Source: a virus (taxonomy: Duplodnaviria; Caudoviricetes). Taken from it: 64,000 nt of DNA. Under the pieces are notes generated by a model, which had not been told where the DNA came from, searched no databases, and was given only the letters and a program-made list of their open reading frames with translations. Below, piece by piece: positions 19,693-29,057 of the stretch; position 1 is the stretch's first letter, and every line of letters starts with the position of its first letter. The translations under genes and the position numbers were made by a program. Location of the stretch: positions 1-64,000 of the IMG/VR virus record IMGVR_UViG_3300032247_000689; one strand, 5' to 3'.

Positions 19693-21657
19693 TTGAATAT
19701 CATTTATAACAAAAAACAACTTGATGAGATGGTTGCGTACTATCTCAAGCAAGACGCATTTGCGTTTGACGTAGAAACCGTCGGCACTCACAGAGGAATC
19801 CCAGCGGTAAACGAAGTTCTATGGATTTCATTTGCTACACACGGTCGCGCAGATGTTATTCCTATGGGGCACCCTAACGGAGAGTTCCTAGAGTTAGTAC
19901 GACCACTTACAGGTCAAGGAGAGAAGCGTGTAGCAGCAGGCCTTCCTGCTCGTCCATCCGATTACTCACGCGATGATAAAAAAGCAACAAAGACATTTAC
20001 CGCTCCCCCTAAGCAGATGTACCCTGCAGAAGTATTTAAGGCGCTAAAGCCATTGTTATTCAATGACCATCAGTTAGTCATTGGTCACAACCTAGTATTT
20101 GATTTAAGTTCAGTGTCTAAGTATTACGGCAACCAAGTTCCTACAGGCCCTTACTTTGATACCTTGATGGCATCTTTCCTTTACGATAACCGCAACCGCG
20201 GTAAGTTAGGTCTAGATGATTGTCTTAAGCGCGAGTTAGGCTACGAGATGAAGAAGGGCATTGGCCATAAGGTAGAGGATTATTCATTTCTAGAGGTGGC
20301 TAAGTATTCTTATCTTGACTCTAAGTACACCTTCTTGCTGTGGAAAACCATTGCGCCAAAGGTTACCGCTGCTGAGGTAGATAGAGTTATGGCGTTGGAG
20401 ATGGATGTTCTTCGTGTTCTCTGCGATATGAAGCTTACTGGCGCTCCTATAGATATGAATGAACTACAGCTCTTATCTATAAAATTAGAACAAGACCTAG
20501 AAGAGGTCAAGGGAAAGATTTATCAGATTGCTGGTCGTGTATTTAACTTAAACTCAACCAGCGAGAAACAGTATGTCTTGTACGGCCCTAAGTCTGATGG
20601 ATGCCGTGGTCTTAAGCCCTCTATTTTGACAGGGCGCGGGGCTAAGAAAGAAGGCAATATTGATTACTCAGATTACTCCGTATCCGCAGATGCGTTAGAA
20701 GAGTTTAGAGAGAAGGATGAGTTGGTAGATGCCATCCTTGAATACCAAGATTTAAATAAGTTGGTTAGTACATATGTAATTCCTTATCTAGGAGGCGATG
20801 TTGTTAAGACAACTAATGGTAAGCAAAGAATCGAAACTAGAGAGTCCATGCTTATTAACAACAGAATCTATGGAGATTTTGTACAGTGGGGCGCAGAGAC
20901 TGGTCGCTTTAGCTCCCGCAACCCTAACTTGCAAAACATCCCCAATGCCCGCACGGCTAACGGTAAGTCAATCCGTAACCTCTTTACAGCGCCCGAGGGA
21001 TATAAATTAGTAGTCGCTGACTACTCACAGATTGAACCGCGAATCATTGCATCTATGTCAGGTGACCCTATTATGATGAAGAACTATCTAGATGGCGAGG
21101 ACATTTATACAACTGTAGGTGACACGATGGGCGTAGACCGTGCTGCAGGTAAGGTACTTGTATTGGCTATGGCTTATGGCGTAGGCCCAGATAAGATTTC
21201 ACGTCAAATTGGTTGTACGATGCAGCAAGCAAAAGCCCTGCTCAATGACTTTAGTCTTAAGTTTTCCTCTATCAATGACTACCGCGCTAAGGTTATTGCC
21301 GTGGCACGTAACAAGGGGTACATTGCTACCATCCTTAAACGACGCAGATACTTACCCGACATTACCTCAGGCGTACCTAAGCTGCGTTCAAGCGCAGAAC
21401 GACAGGCATTCAACACGCGCATCCAAGGCTCAGCCGCGGACATCATCAAGCTTGCTATGATTAACGCATATGAGTTGATTCCAAAGGAAGCCAAGTTGAT
21501 TCTTACCGTGCACGACGAACTTGTTACGTTAACCCCTGACCATCTGGTTGATAAAACTGAGGCTGCAATTCGCGAGTCAATGGAAAGTATTAAGTTACTT
21601 GACGTCCCTTTAGTAGCAGACATCAAGATTGCGCAGAAATGGGGCGACGCTAAGTGA
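19693..21657 (+). CDS. polA: DNA polymerase family A with 3'-5' exonuclease
   Basis: FDVET, GHNLVFD, TGRFSSRNPNLQNIP, ADYSQIEPR, IQGSAAD, VHDEL. Confidence 0.95.
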   Translation: MNIIYNKKQLDEMVAYYLKQDAFAFDVETVGTHRGIPAVNEVLWISFATHGRADVIPMGHPNGEFLELVRPLTGQGEKRVAAGLPARPSDYSRDDKKATKTFTAPPKQMYPAEVFKALKPLLFNDHQLVIGHNLVFDLSSVSKYYGNQVPTGPYFDTLMASFLYDNRNRGKLGLDDCLKRELGYEMKKGIGHKVEDYSFLEVAKYSYLDSKYTFLLWKTIAPKVTAAEVDRVMALEMDVLRVLCDMKLTGAPIDMNELQLLSIKLEQDLEEVKGKIYQIAGRVFNLNSTSEKQYVLYGPKSDGCRGLKPSILTGRGAKKEGNIDYSDYSVSADALEEFREKDELVDAILEYQDLNKLVSTYVIPYLGGDVVKTTNGKQRIETRESMLINNRIYGDFVQWGAETGRFSSRNPNLQNIPNARTANGKSIRNLFTAPEGYKLVVADYSQIEPRIIASMSGDPIMMKNYLDGEDIYTTVGDTMGVDRAAGKVLVLAMAYGVGPDKISRQIGCTMQQAKALLNDFSLKFSSINDYRAKVIAVARNKGYIATILKRRRYLPDITSGVPKLRSSAERQAFNTRIQGSAADIIKLAMINAYELIPKEAKLILTVHDELVTLTPDHLVDKTEAAIRESMESIKLLDVPLVADIKIAQKWGDAK

Positions 21658-22112
21658 GTTGGTTTAAACGAAAGAGACCAGAGTTTGAGATAGTAACAAA
21701 CGATGTGCCTATGTCTACTGTGCATCGTTGGTATATTTATGACACTCGTTTAACTGAGAGCTTTAATGATGTTGCTGAGGCTATTGGGTTATCTCGCATC
21801 AGTAGCGAGGGCGAAGCCAAGGAGATAGAAGACAGCGAAGACCGTATGCTTAACCTCGTTGGTATCTTTCCGTTCCTAAAAAACATGGCTGAATTAAGCG
21901 CCGATGTTATGTCCGCCATTCATGCTAAAGAGATGGTAGAGGATGAAGAAGAAAACGCTGAGGAAATACTTCTTAACATGCATAACATCTACGAGGCTGT
22001 TGCGCTGTCTACCTTGATTGGTGCATTTAGTAGCGCGTTAGAATTAGGCATTATCGATACAAATACGATAAGCTCAAATACATACCTAATGGAAGGAGAA
22101 GACTATGAGTAA
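21654..22112 (+). CDS. Hypothetical protein
   Basis: Coupled ORF. Confidence 0.6.
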   Translation: MSWFKRKRPEFEIVTNDVPMSTVHRWYIYDTRLTESFNDVAEAIGLSRISSEGEAKEIEDSEDRMLNLVGIFPFLKNMAELSADVMSAIHAKEMVEDEEENAEEILLNMHNIYEAVALSTLIGAFSSALELGIIDTNTISSNTYLMEGEDYE

Positions 22113-22491
22113 TGCAGATTGGTGGGCAAAGAAGTTAGGGACACCAACTCCTTTTGCCCCAGCAACGCCCCCAGCATTTGCTGTTCAACCGCCTGCCGCT
22201 ACATACGCACGTCCTCAGAATCCAAGTTATCCCCCTAGCCAACAGATGAGCCCACAGGCTCCTTTATGCCCAGGGTGTGGTAGTGGCAATTATTCTGTTG
22301 CAGCAAAACAAGTTACACAGTACGGACAAGTGGAGTCATGGCGTTGTTACGACTGTGGTTACCCATTAGTTCAGGCTGGAAGTTCACATGGCGGGGCTAA
22401 CTCAGCCCCATCCTCTGGCCCTTCACAGCGTTCAAAGCAAGTGCCTACAGGCGGATGGAACCCAACAACAATCATTGGAAAACTTGAATGA
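22105..22491 (+). CDS. Pro-rich zinc-ribbon protein
   Basis: CPGCGS...CYDCGYP. Confidence 0.65.
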   Translation: MSNADWWAKKLGTPTPFAPATPPAFAVQPPAATYARPQNPSYPPSQQMSPQAPLCPGCGSGNYSVAAKQVTQYGQVESWRCYDCGYPLVQAGSSHGGANSAPSSGPSQRSKQVPTGGWNPTTIIGKLE

Positions 22492-23537
22492 ATATAACAG
22501 CAGACCTAGCAAAAGTATTTAGTGACATCAATAAGAAGATGGGCAAGGACACCATTGTTCGTGGCTCAGATATTACACAGCACGGCAAAAGATTTACCAC
22601 AGGCTCAATTGCATTAGACGTAGCGTTAGGTGGCGGTTGGCCCGCTAATCAATGGCATGAGATTATTGGTGAAGCAAGCAACGGCAAGACCGCTTTAGCT
22701 TTAAAAACTATTGCCCTTAACCAGGCGCGTGACCCAGAGTTCACAGCAATCTGGGTGGCTGCAGAAGAGTGGGTCCCTGGGTACGCTGAGATGTGTGGGG
22801 TTGACCCAGAAAGAGTATTTGTAGTATCCACAAACGTAATGGAAGAAGCTTATGAAGCGGTTATTCGGCTTGTTGAATCAAAAACTATTGATTGCATTGT
22901 TCTCGACAGTCTTCCTGCTCTGGTTCCTTCCGCAGAGGATGAGAAAGAGATGGAAGAAGCAACCGTAGGACGCGGTGCACTTCTTACTAATAAGTTCTTC
23001 CGTAAGGTAGGCAAGGCATCTAAGCGTTCCCTCACAGAACCAGAGCGCCCATTTATCGGCATAATTATCAACCAGTGGCGTTCAAAGGTTGGCGTTATGT
23101 ATGGAGACCCGCGCACCACACCTGGTGGGTTGGGTAAGGATTATTCTTACTTTACTCGTATCGAGGTTCGTAGAGACGAGTGGATTGAGGCGGGGACAGG
23201 TCAAGAAAAGAAACGAGTGGGTCAGACTATTAAGTTTAGAGTCATCAAGAACAAGTCTGCTGCCCCATCTGCTACCGCATCCGTAGACTTTTATTTTGGT
23301 GAAGGTGGAGAGTTATCCCCAGGAGACTTTGATTTTGCTAAAGAGATACTTGCTATTGGTATTATCAACAAGGTTATTACTAGAGCAGGTGCGTACTATC
23401 GGTATGCCGATAGGCAGTGGCAGGGTAGTGATGCTATGCTTAGCTCCATTCGGGAAGAAGTAGACCTCAAAGAGGCCCTTGAACGGGATGTGTTGGATTC
23501 GATTAAAGCGAACTCTAAACACGCGCATGAAGAGTAA
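22488..23537 (+). CDS. recA: RecA recombinase
   Basis: TGSIALDVALGGG, GEASNGKT, INQWR.KVGVMYGDP.TTPGG. Confidence 0.95.
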   Translation: MNITADLAKVFSDINKKMGKDTIVRGSDITQHGKRFTTGSIALDVALGGGWPANQWHEIIGEASNGKTALALKTIALNQARDPEFTAIWVAAEEWVPGYAEMCGVDPERVFVVSTNVMEEAYEAVIRLVESKTIDCIVLDSLPALVPSAEDEKEMEEATVGRGALLTNKFFRKVGKASKRSLTEPERPFIGIIINQWRSKVGVMYGDPRTTPGGLGKDYSYFTRIEVRRDEWIEAGTGQEKKRVGQTIKFRVIKNKSAAPSATASVDFYFGEGGELSPGDFDFAKEILAIGIINKVITRAGAYYRYADRQWQGSDAMLSSIREEVDLKEALERDVLDSIKANSKHAHEE

Positions 23538-23904
23538 GGGCCAGAAAGAGTCTCAAAAGCATGAGGCACGATTAGCAAAAGCTATCGATGGACAGCGTAA
23601 TGCTGTTAGCGGTGCATTTTGGAATCGTAAAGGCGATGTACGTTCACAAGACTTACTAGTTGAGCACAAGTGGACGGGCAAAGCTTCCTTCACCGTTAAA
23701 GCCGCGGTTTTGGAAAAGATTGTCAAAGAAGCAATTCTTGATGGTCGAATGCCTGTGCTAGGTATTAGCCTCAATAACGAGAATTACATATTGCTTACTG
23801 AAGATGACTTTCTAGAATTGCGCCAGACTCTTCAGGAGTGCAATTGTTTGAAGAAGACCTCGGACCAGAAGCTTGGCGATACCGCGCTAAGTGTAGGGGA
23901 ATGA
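23527..23904 (+). CDS. PD-(D/E)XK nuclease, Holliday junction resolvase-like
   Basis: HEARLA...SGA...KGDV...LVEHK. Confidence 0.7.
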   Translation: MKSKGQKESQKHEARLAKAIDGQRNAVSGAFWNRKGDVRSQDLLVEHKWTGKASFTVKAAVLEKIVKEAILDGRMPVLGISLNNENYILLTEDDFLELRQTLQECNCLKKTSDQKLGDTALSVGE

Positions 23905-24164
23905 ACACAGATTTATGGTTCCCCCCTCGTGATAAAGACCAGTACAAAACCATTGCAGATGCCGCTAAGGCTATCTGTTATGGTAAAGACGGATTACCTG
24001 AGTGTCCCGTGCGAAAGCAATGTTTGCTATATGCTGAGCACAATGAAGACACACATGGTATCTGGGGCGGCATGAGCCATCGTGAAAGAAACGCACTAAA
24101 AAGAAAAGCACAAAAACAAGGACTAACATTCGACGAATGGATTGAAACTAAAACAACATGGTAG
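23838..24164 (+). CDS. whiB: WhiB-family Fe-S transcription factor
   Basis: C...C...CPVRKQC, GIWGG. Confidence 0.9.
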   Translation: MQLFEEDLGPEAWRYRAKCRGMNTDLWFPPRDKDQYKTIADAAKAICYGKDGLPECPVRKQCLLYAEHNEDTHGIWGGMSHRERNALKRKAQKQGLTFDEWIETKTTW

Positions 24165-24991
24165 ATAAGAAGCTAAAGAAGTTCCTAGACGTGGGTAAGA
24201 ACAACACACGAGTACTAGGCTCAGTAGAGCGGTACATCATTTCAAAGCCTAGGGACTTGAGCCGTAGAACGGATGTCCTGCATCCATCAGAGATGGTGGA
24301 CCCAGGCTGGTGCTACCGCGCTTCTTACTTCCAGTTACAAGGTAATGCTCCAATTAGTAATAGAACCATGACGTTGCGCCTTGCATCTGTCTTTGAAGAA
24401 GGTCACGCTATCCACGCTAAATGGCAGCGTTGGTTTCAGGAGATGGGTAACCTATACGGCAAGTGGTATTGCTTAGAGTGCGATGAGATGTTCTGGGGTG
24501 ACGTGCATTGTCACGAAGGCCCCCTTGAGTATCGTGAAGTCCCACTGTTCTATGAGCCATTGCGCATCTCTGGCCATTCAGACGGCTGGCTCCGTGGTTT
24601 AGGCGAGCCGCTTATGCTTGAGATTAAATCAGTAGGCGAGGGTACCTTGCGTTGGGAATGCCCAGAGCTGTACGCTGAACATGACTACAACTTTAACAAA
24701 ACGTGGAAAGCTATTACCGCACCTTTTATGAAGCATATCCAACAGGTGCAGATTTACATGAAGCTAGCAGAACTGCTAGGCTATGAAGACTTCCCACAAG
24801 AAGCAGTGCTTATCTATGAAGCAAAGCCAAATCAAGAAGCCAAGGAGTTTGTTGTTCCTAAGTCAGACTTCGGCATCAAACATTTGTTCGATGCGGCGCA
24901 GATGATTGTGGATGCAGTTAAAAAAGGAGAGCCGCCTGTATGTAATATAAAGGCAGAAGGATGCGAGAGGTGCAAAGGATATGACAGTTAA
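24158..24991 (+). CDS. Cas4-like/PD-(D/E)XK exonuclease
   Basis: HPS...C, GHSDG...LEIKS, QVQIY, C-terminal C..C..C. Confidence 0.8.
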   Translation: MVDKKLKKFLDVGKNNTRVLGSVERYIISKPRDLSRRTDVLHPSEMVDPGWCYRASYFQLQGNAPISNRTMTLRLASVFEEGHAIHAKWQRWFQEMGNLYGKWYCLECDEMFWGDVHCHEGPLEYREVPLFYEPLRISGHSDGWLRGLGEPLMLEIKSVGEGTLRWECPELYAEHDYNFNKTWKAITAPFMKHIQQVQIYMKLAELLGYEDFPQEAVLIYEAKPNQEAKEFVVPKSDFGIKHLFDAAQMIVDAVKKGEPPVCNIKAEGCERCKGYDS

Positions 24992-25463
24992 ACTACATGC
25001 AACAGGTATCAGCGATGAGATGCTATCTATTCTGGAGTCTCAAGGACTACCAGTAAAGCGCGAATTAAATATAGAGTTGCCTGATTTCCCTACAGATATC
25101 ACAGGGGTGGATGACCAACAGCTAATGGATTTAGCTAACCGCTATATGCAGAACTATAACTTTATGCTTACTCAAGTTGCTTGCGCTGAGCTTGCTGTGA
25201 TTGAGGCAGACAACGCTTATGACACAGCAGAAGCAAAGGCCATGCTCACAATGAGCACGGGTAAAACTACAGAGAAATCTGTGATGTTAAAAGCACAGGT
25301 TCTTACAGACCCAGAGATTGTAGATTTGTCGACAAAATGTATGCAGGCTAAGGCATACCACAAGATGTTGAAGACAACGCTGGATAACTTAGAGCGTTAC
25401 TACCAGCTTACAAGTCGTGAACTTACACGGCGCACAGCAATTATTAAATCCAGAGGGTTCTAA
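24981..25463 (+). CDS. Hypothetical helical protein (possible recombination mediator)
   Basis: Coiled coil ending SRELTRR; lies between exonuclease and RuvC. Confidence 0.5.
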   Translation: MTVKLHATGISDEMLSILESQGLPVKRELNIELPDFPTDITGVDDQQLMDLANRYMQNYNFMLTQVACAELAVIEADNAYDTAEAKAMLTMSTGKTTEKSVMLKAQVLTDPEIVDLSTKCMQAKAYHKMLKTTLDNLERYYQLTSRELTRRTAIIKSRGF

Positions 25464-25999
25464 TGAAAGTATTCACTGATGGGATGTTGGTTTCAGAACT
25501 GCCTGTATACATAGGTATCGACCAGTCCTACAGTGGATTTGCCATAACCGCAATCAATGACACTGGTTACAAGACCACAGTTTATAAATCAGATAAGCGC
25601 GGTGTAGATAGGCTCAAGGATATACAGGCATACGTAATGAATGTATTAGCTGAATATCGCATCACGGATGTAGCTATGGAAGGCTACGCCTTTGGCTCAC
25701 AGATGTCTAACATGCTTGGTGAGCTTGGCGGTATGGTGAAGATGACCCTGCATGACTTTGGCGTTTACCCACTTATTGTTCCCCCAACCAACCTAAAGAA
25801 ATACGTTGCGGGTAAAGGGCAGGGCGTATCTAAAAGCCAGATTCTTATGTACGTATACAAGAAATGGGGCGTGGAGTTTACAGACGACAACGCTGCTGAT
25901 TCTTATGCCCTAGCGCACATCGTGTCGGGCGCGTATAGCCTTGCATACGAGAAAGAAGTTTATGATAAGCTTCAGGACATTAAGTTCAGGGAGCGGTAA
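25463..25999 (+). CDS. ruvC: RuvC-like resolvase
   Basis: IGIDQS, AMEG, DNAADS. Confidence 0.85.
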   Translation: MKVFTDGMLVSELPVYIGIDQSYSGFAITAINDTGYKTTVYKSDKRGVDRLKDIQAYVMNVLAEYRITDVAMEGYAFGSQMSNMLGELGGMVKMTLHDFGVYPLIVPPTNLKKYVAGKGQGVSKSQILMYVYKKWGVEFTDDNAADSYALAHIVSGAYSLAYEKEVYDKLQDIKFRER

Positions 26000-26166
26000 T
26001 GCCTAAGTACGACTTCACATGTATAACATGCGATAAGACTATAGAAATGCATATGTCCTTTGACGCTACCGAACGACCAATATGCGAAAAGTGTGGGAAC
26101 TTCATGGTTAAAGCCTTTACCCCTCCCGCAGTTCATTTCAAAGGCGGAGGGTGGGGCGGCCAATAA
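25999..26166 (+). CDS. FmdB-family zinc-ribbon protein (55 aa, missing from ORF track)
   Basis: MPKYDFTCITC...CEKCG...FKGGGW. Confidence 0.85.
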   Translation: MPKYDFTCITCDKTIEMHMSFDATERPICEKCGNFMVKAFTPPAVHFKGGGWGGQ

Positions 26167-26312
26167 TGGGAAGCAAAAAGAATCAGATGAAGATTAAGGC
26201 AGCGTTGGAAACACGTATCGCTAACATGCCTAAAGGTTCAGGTTATAAAAAACCAGGGTCAATGAATAAGAAGAAGACTGGTTATGTAAAGCTTGGACCA
26301 ATCAACAAGTGA
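26166..26312 (+). CDS. Small basic hypothetical protein (48 aa)
   Basis: Coupled ATG/TGA overlaps; GYKKPGSMN. Confidence 0.55.
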   Translation: MGSKKNQMKIKAALETRIANMPKGSGYKKPGSMNKKKTGYVKLGPINK

Positions 26313-26542
26313 GTAAGACACAGGACAAGAAAGCTGCGCGTATTGCCGAAGCCAAAGCATTTGTACAGGCTCGACGTCAATCGCAGATTGCTATCTTTGA
26401 ATCAAATTTCAACGCAGGTATTAAGTTCTTCTTAGAGAACAAAGAGAAGATGAGCCCTGAGGAGATAACCCTTATCGAAGCAGAGATTGAAAAGAACAAA
26501 ACGCTTATAGAAGAGTTTAAGGAGAAGTGGGCGGTAGAGTAA
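26309..26542 (+). CDS. Hypothetical protein
   Basis: Coupled ORF. Confidence 0.6.
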   Translation: MSKTQDKKAARIAEAKAFVQARRQSQIAIFESNFNAGIKFFLENKEKMSPEEITLIEAEIEKNKTLIEEFKEKWAVE

Positions 26543-26555
26543 ACGCCCCATCAAC

Positions 26556-26777
26556 ATGGCAAAAAGCACCCGAGAACTAAAGCCCGATTACACGGGCAGC
26601 ATGGACTATGCCAACGAAGTCCTGCATGAGTGCCCTGTCTGTGAGTCCACCCTTTGGAATATCAAAGCCAGTTTCCAAGACTACGAGCTATCCCAGTACC
26701 TTTTAGATATGGAATGCTCTATTTGTGGCACTTTTGGGCGGGCTCCAACGCCTTTAGACACACCTAATCTTATTTAG
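26556..26777 (+). CDS. Zinc-finger hypothetical protein
   Basis: CPVC...CSICG. Confidence 0.65.
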   Translation: MAKSTRELKPDYTGSMDYANEVLHECPVCESTLWNIKASFQDYELSQYLLDMECSICGTFGRAPTPLDTPNLI

Positions 26778-26827
26778 TTGTCATACTTAATACCGCGGGG
26801 CTCCACAATTCGTAAACCGAGGTACAC

Positions 26828-27115
26828 ATGACAGAGCAAATTCAAGCAGAGGAGAACGTCCTACGCGTCTCCGCGGGGTCTAACCCGCAGGCTGTAGCAT
26901 CAGCAATCGCCCATAGTATTTATGAAACACGCGCGTGTAAGATTCGTGCGGTGGGTGCGGGTGCGGTCAACCAAGCAACTAAGGCTATCGCAATCGCCCG
27001 CGGATATACCGCCCCTAGAGGGTTAGATATTGCCTATATCCCAGGGTTCACAACCATTAAGAGCCACGATGGGGACATTAGTGCTATCGTTCTTACGGTA
27101 ATTGTTATCAATTAA
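26828..27115 (+). CDS. spoVS: SpoVS-family protein
   Basis: LRVS..SNP..VASAIA...AVGAGAVNQATKAIAIARGY...PGF. Confidence 0.88.
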   Translation: MTEQIQAEENVLRVSAGSNPQAVASAIAHSIYETRACKIRAVGAGAVNQATKAIAIARGYTAPRGLDIAYIPGFTTIKSHDGDISAIVLTVIVIN

Positions 27116-27175
27116 GCCTGTATTTCCCTTTTAAATACCGTACATTTGTTAGAACCTTAGGCCAAAGGAAATCAT

Positions 27176-27508
27176 ATGAATACAAGTTCAAAAAAGAACC
27201 CAGCGCCGATTGCTCCTACCTCAGCTGAGCCATCAAATGCTACAGGTTCAAAACCACGTGTAGCTCCTGTTGAAAAGGGAAAGCTCATGAAGAAGAAGGG
27301 CGCTCAAGCGGGCGACCCAACTAAGATGGCTAAGCCATCACGTACATTTGTAAAGGCAACTTCAGGTGCTCGTTACGGTGTACGCGTTAAGTTCCAGAAG
27401 TCCGAAGCCCCAGAAGCTGGTGCAACTCAAGCAAACGGAAGAATCCTTCCTTCAGCCATGAAAGCTCAAGCGCCTAATTTTAGCGCGGGTATGGCGGACC
27501 ATAACTAA
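27176..27508 (+). CDS. Basic hypothetical protein
   Basis: SD AAAGGA; followed by terminator. Confidence 0.65.
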   Translation: MNTSSKKNPAPIAPTSAEPSNATGSKPRVAPVEKGKLMKKKGAQAGDPTKMAKPSRTFVKATSGARYGVRVKFQKSEAPEAGATQANGRILPSAMKAQAPNFSAGMADHN

Positions 27509-27513
27509 GAGAG

Positions 27514-27540
27514 AAGGGCCAGGGAAACCTGGCCCTTTTT
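27514..27540 (+). terminator. Intrinsic terminator
   Basis: AAGGGCCAGG-GAAA-CCTGGCCCTT plus T-run. Confidence 0.85.
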
Positions 27541-27599
27541 CATTGCATTAACTATAAAGTATGACTAGAATACAAGCCTGTACATTATAGGAGCTATTG

Positions 27600-28148
27600 A
27601 TGACTACAATCGTTGGGCTACAGCTGGATGATAAATCAATCATTGCAGCAGACTCACGCATTACAGACCACAATGGCCAAACCTTTAGTCATCCCGATGC
27701 AAGAAAAATTAGTGAGCGCGGGGCGTTTCTTATAGCAGGTATGGGCGAAGTGATGCCTTGCGATGTTATCCAACATATTTGGATGCCGTTAAAAGTTACT
27801 ATTAAAGATAAACAAGACCTTTACCATTTTATGATATCAAAAGTAACGCCATCAATGCGAGCTTGTTTAAAAGAAAACGGGTATAACTTTGATGAAGACC
27901 GTTCTCCTGGAGACACGGAGCAAAGATTTACATTTCTTGTTTCTGTAGCGGGTGAGTTATTTGAGGTAGACCAAGACCTATCTGTATGTAGAAAGTCCGA
28001 CGGCATCTACGGCATAGGCTCAGGTGGGCCGTACGCTATAGGCGCCTTGCATGCTGGCGCTACCCCTATTGAAGCGTTGGAGATTGCCTCCAAAGTCAGC
28101 GCATATACAGCCCCGCCTTTCCTTATTGAAGAACAGTTTAAAGACTAG
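27600..28148 (+). CDS. Ntn-hydrolase, proteasome-beta/HslV-like protease
   Basis: N-terminal MTTIVG, AADSR, GIGSGG..A.GAL. Confidence 0.8.
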   Translation: MTTIVGLQLDDKSIIAADSRITDHNGQTFSHPDARKISERGAFLIAGMGEVMPCDVIQHIWMPLKVTIKDKQDLYHFMISKVTPSMRACLKENGYNFDEDRSPGDTEQRFTFLVSVAGELFEVDQDLSVCRKSDGIYGIGSGGPYAIGALHAGATPIEALEIASKVSAYTAPPFLIEEQFKD

Positions 28149-28174
28149 ACGGCTATATAAGTCTTTGCTATAAT
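28146..28174 (+). promoter_or_regulatory. SigA promoter (extended -10) for hsp20
   Basis: TAGACG-N17-TATAAT preceded by TGC. Confidence 0.75.
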
Positions 28175-28233
28175 CTTATCCGCGAGTGCCGAATGGGCTC
28201 GCATACAACCTAGTTCGTCTAAAGGAGAGAACT

Positions 28234-28719
28234 ATGCATACATTCCCTGCACAAAAAGAACCAGCTGACTGGCCTTCAAAATATGATAGGACCGTTCTTC
28301 CAAAGCCCGTAACCCTACAGTCTTTATTCAACGACATGTTTTTCCTAGGGTTCTCGGACCAAATCTCACGTTGGAACGCCCTCACACAGCTCAAGCCTGT
28401 GTCGTTCCCGCCCTATAACCTCATCAAGTTAGATGACGACTCATACAAGGTAGAGCTAGCTGTAGCTGGTTATACTAAAGATGACATCGCTATCACTGTT
28501 GAGCGCGACCAGCTTATCGTGGCTAGCAAAGACCAAGATGAGAAGGTAGACAATGTGGTTATTCACCAAGGTATTGCTCAGCGCCAGTGGCGCCAGAAGT
28601 TTATCTTAGGTGAGTATATGGAAGTAGCAAGCGCAACCCTGCGTGATGGCCTACTGACCATCAACATTGAACGCAACATGCCTGAGGAAGATAAGCCAAA
28701 GGTAATCAAGATTAAGTAG
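28234..28719 (+). CDS. Small heat-shock protein Hsp20/IbpA
   Basis: FPPYNLIK...ELAVAG...HQGIAQR...DGLL; SD AAGGAG supports ATG at 28234. Confidence 0.92.
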   Translation: MHTFPAQKEPADWPSKYDRTVLPKPVTLQSLFNDMFFLGFSDQISRWNALTQLKPVSFPPYNLIKLDDDSYKVELAVAGYTKDDIAITVERDQLIVASKDQDEKVDNVVIHQGIAQRQWRQKFILGEYMEVASATLRDGLLTINIERNMPEEDKPKVIKIK

Positions 28720-28734
28720 TTACGACACGACATT

Positions 28735-28760
28735 TAACCCCGTCAGAAATGGCGGGGTTA
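28735..28760 (+). terminator. Intrinsic terminator
   Basis: TAACCCCGTCA-GAAA-TGGCGGGGTTA plus T-rich tail. Confidence 0.8.
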
Positions 28761-28823
28761 TTTGTTTTATTTGTCTACTTTGTGTGATACGCTTGACGCA
28801 ACTTGATGAAAACAAGGGGAGTC

Positions 28824-29057
28824 ATGTTAGAGATACTAGAAAAACATCTCAACGCTGAGCCAGCGGGTTGCGTTGTAGCTAAATGGATTGACGGCTTAAA
28901 AACTGAAGAACAACAAGCATTTGAGAACATCAGAAAGAATAGTCAAGAGATACATATCGCTGTATTGTTTAAAGATTTATGCAGCCAAGCACACCTACCA
29001 TTCAAATTAACGGCCTTCCGTTCACACCTTAGAGGATATTGCACATGTCAGAAATGA
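28824..29057 (+). CDS. Hypothetical protein
   Basis: SD GGGGAG; ends H..G.C.C. Confidence 0.6.
   Translation: MLEILEKHLNAEPAGCVVAKWIDGLKTEEQQAFENIRKNSQEIHIAVLFKDLCSQAHLPFKLTAFRSHLRGYCTCQK

Noticed and set aside
24158-24991. Cas4-like gene as evidence of CRISPR-Cas
   Set aside because: No array or other cas genes; it sits in a RecA/RuvC recombination module, typical of stand-alone phage exonucleases.
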